Shown: positions 19,761-20,993 of the stretch, in pieces
How positions within the stretch are numbered: position 1 is the first letter of the stretch
How the letters are laid out: each line of letters opens with the position of its first letter
From: Selaginella moellendorffii
Lineage: Eukaryota > Plantae > Lycopodiophyta
Assembly (NCBI RefSeq): GCF_000143415.4
Contig: NW_003314302.1
Location: 1,654,521-1,675,513, forward strand
Direction of reading: 5' to 3'
DNA length: 20,993 nt
The notes under the pieces: generated by a model
What the model saw: only the letters and a program-made list of their open reading frames with translations
The model's database searches: none
Told to the model about the DNA's origin: nothing
Made by a program: the position numbers and the translations under genes

Positions 19761-20993
19761 AAGGTGGGAAGTTAATTCATTTCCTTGCTTCAAAATGGGG
19801 TACAAAGGTAGTGACCCTACTCTCTCTCCTCTCTTTTATATCATTGTACAGGTCCATCTATACATTTATACCATACCATCTCCCCTCCTACTCAAAAGTC
19901 CCATGCTGTCAGAGGCTAAAGGCAATTAAAAACACAACTATCTATCTATCCAAAGAGTAATGCCATACTTAAATTTCTAGGTGATAGAGTGTTAGTGTGC
20001 TTGCTGGATAGCATGTGTCAATAGCATGTGTGACTGCTTCTATGACCATGCTCAATATCTCTAAAAATCTTATTTAGCCCCATTTTATGTAGCAGAATTT
20101 CCATATGAAATAAGACTTAAAACCAAAATGCTCAAGCTTCTCATAGCAAGCTCCAAAAATCATAAGACTAGATTCATTGAAAATCTACAAATATGCACAA
20201 CAATCTTGTAAAAAAGATAAACCTAAAAATCTCACTCAAACACATTCAAAACCCTTGATAATGACAAGGGTTAGTAGGCACACTATTTTTCAAAAATGCC
20301 TTTCAGTTTTGAAATATATATATAGATTTTATTCTTTGTTGTCATATTGATTCATAAATATCATCGGATAGGCATCCAATCCAATTGACACAAGATCAAT
20401 ACACTACACACTCTTACTCCTTTTAAGGATTTATTATGAAAATATATCATGCTCATACAAGAGAAATCGGGACATTTATTTTTCTGTAGTATTAAGCAAA
20501 TTACAAATGCTATAGAAATTTCTATATTGCAGACTTGTTAGTGTTTTTTACTCTACTGATCATTTTTTCTTATCTGTTGCTAAAGTGTTATCTTGGAAGT
20601 AACATGAGGTATTTTTATCAATAGTGATAATAATATCTATATTCCTGGATAATAGTGTAATATAGAGATTATGGTAGTTAAATGAAGTTAATATTCTCAT
20701 TTGCCTTTCTACTTCAACTATTACTAATAAATCATTTGTCATTGATAAACTAATACTTACTCCATCCCCTCAAAACCCTAAACATATTCTTTGACTGATT
20801 TCTAGCTGTTAAAATGTTTCCACTTCTTGATTAGTATTTGAATTAGTTTCATTACAATAGCTAACACGAAGTTTAATATATAAGTATGATTTTAAATGGT
20901 GAACTACATAGTATCAAGAATAATATGGATTTAAAGAAGAAATTATTTTCATTTTAATCTATCCCGTAGTGGTTTTTACTGGGGGCCATGGGC

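Larger units (their letters stand above)
10309..19765 (-). mobile_element. Element C: heavily decayed non-chromovirus Ty3/gypsy (Tat-like) element, truncated by B's LTR and interrupted by D
   Basis: Minus-strand remnants in the order PBS, gag, G-patch, protease, additional RNase H, RT, RNase H, integrase. Confidence 0.88.

Noticed and set aside
20000-20993. AT-rich tail with ORF 20560-20742 and a single AAACCCTAA telo-box near 20773
   Set aside because: There is no recognisable protein motif or element boundary, and a single motif is expected by chance.

Overview
The window is eukaryotic, plant-like repetitive DNA made almost entirely of nested Ty3/gypsy LTR retrotransposons, with no host gene recognisable. 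Element A (1-~2734, +) is a decayed chromovirus 3' end. Element B (2735-10308, +) is a near-complete chromovirus with 1.16-1.18 kb LTRs, a tRNA-Met-type PBS and one gag-pol frame. Element C (10309-~19765, -) is a decayed Tat-like element with the order Gag, G-patch, PR, aRH, RT, RH, INT. Element D (15832-19165, +) is a gag/protease-less chromovirus derivative inserted in C's gag, with TSD CTAGG. The main observation is that B appears to be an intron-containing LTR retrotransposon. Two ~50-nt GT-AG insertions split conserved integrase motifs, and removing them restores the frame exactly. Further candidate introns would remove the PBS and switch between Gag and Gag-Pol. B's 3' UTR holds five abutting hairpins with two tRNA-type T-loops, partly echoed in A. 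All splicing and folding claims were read by eye and need RNA or comparative confirmation. Mismatch counts are manual and approximate.
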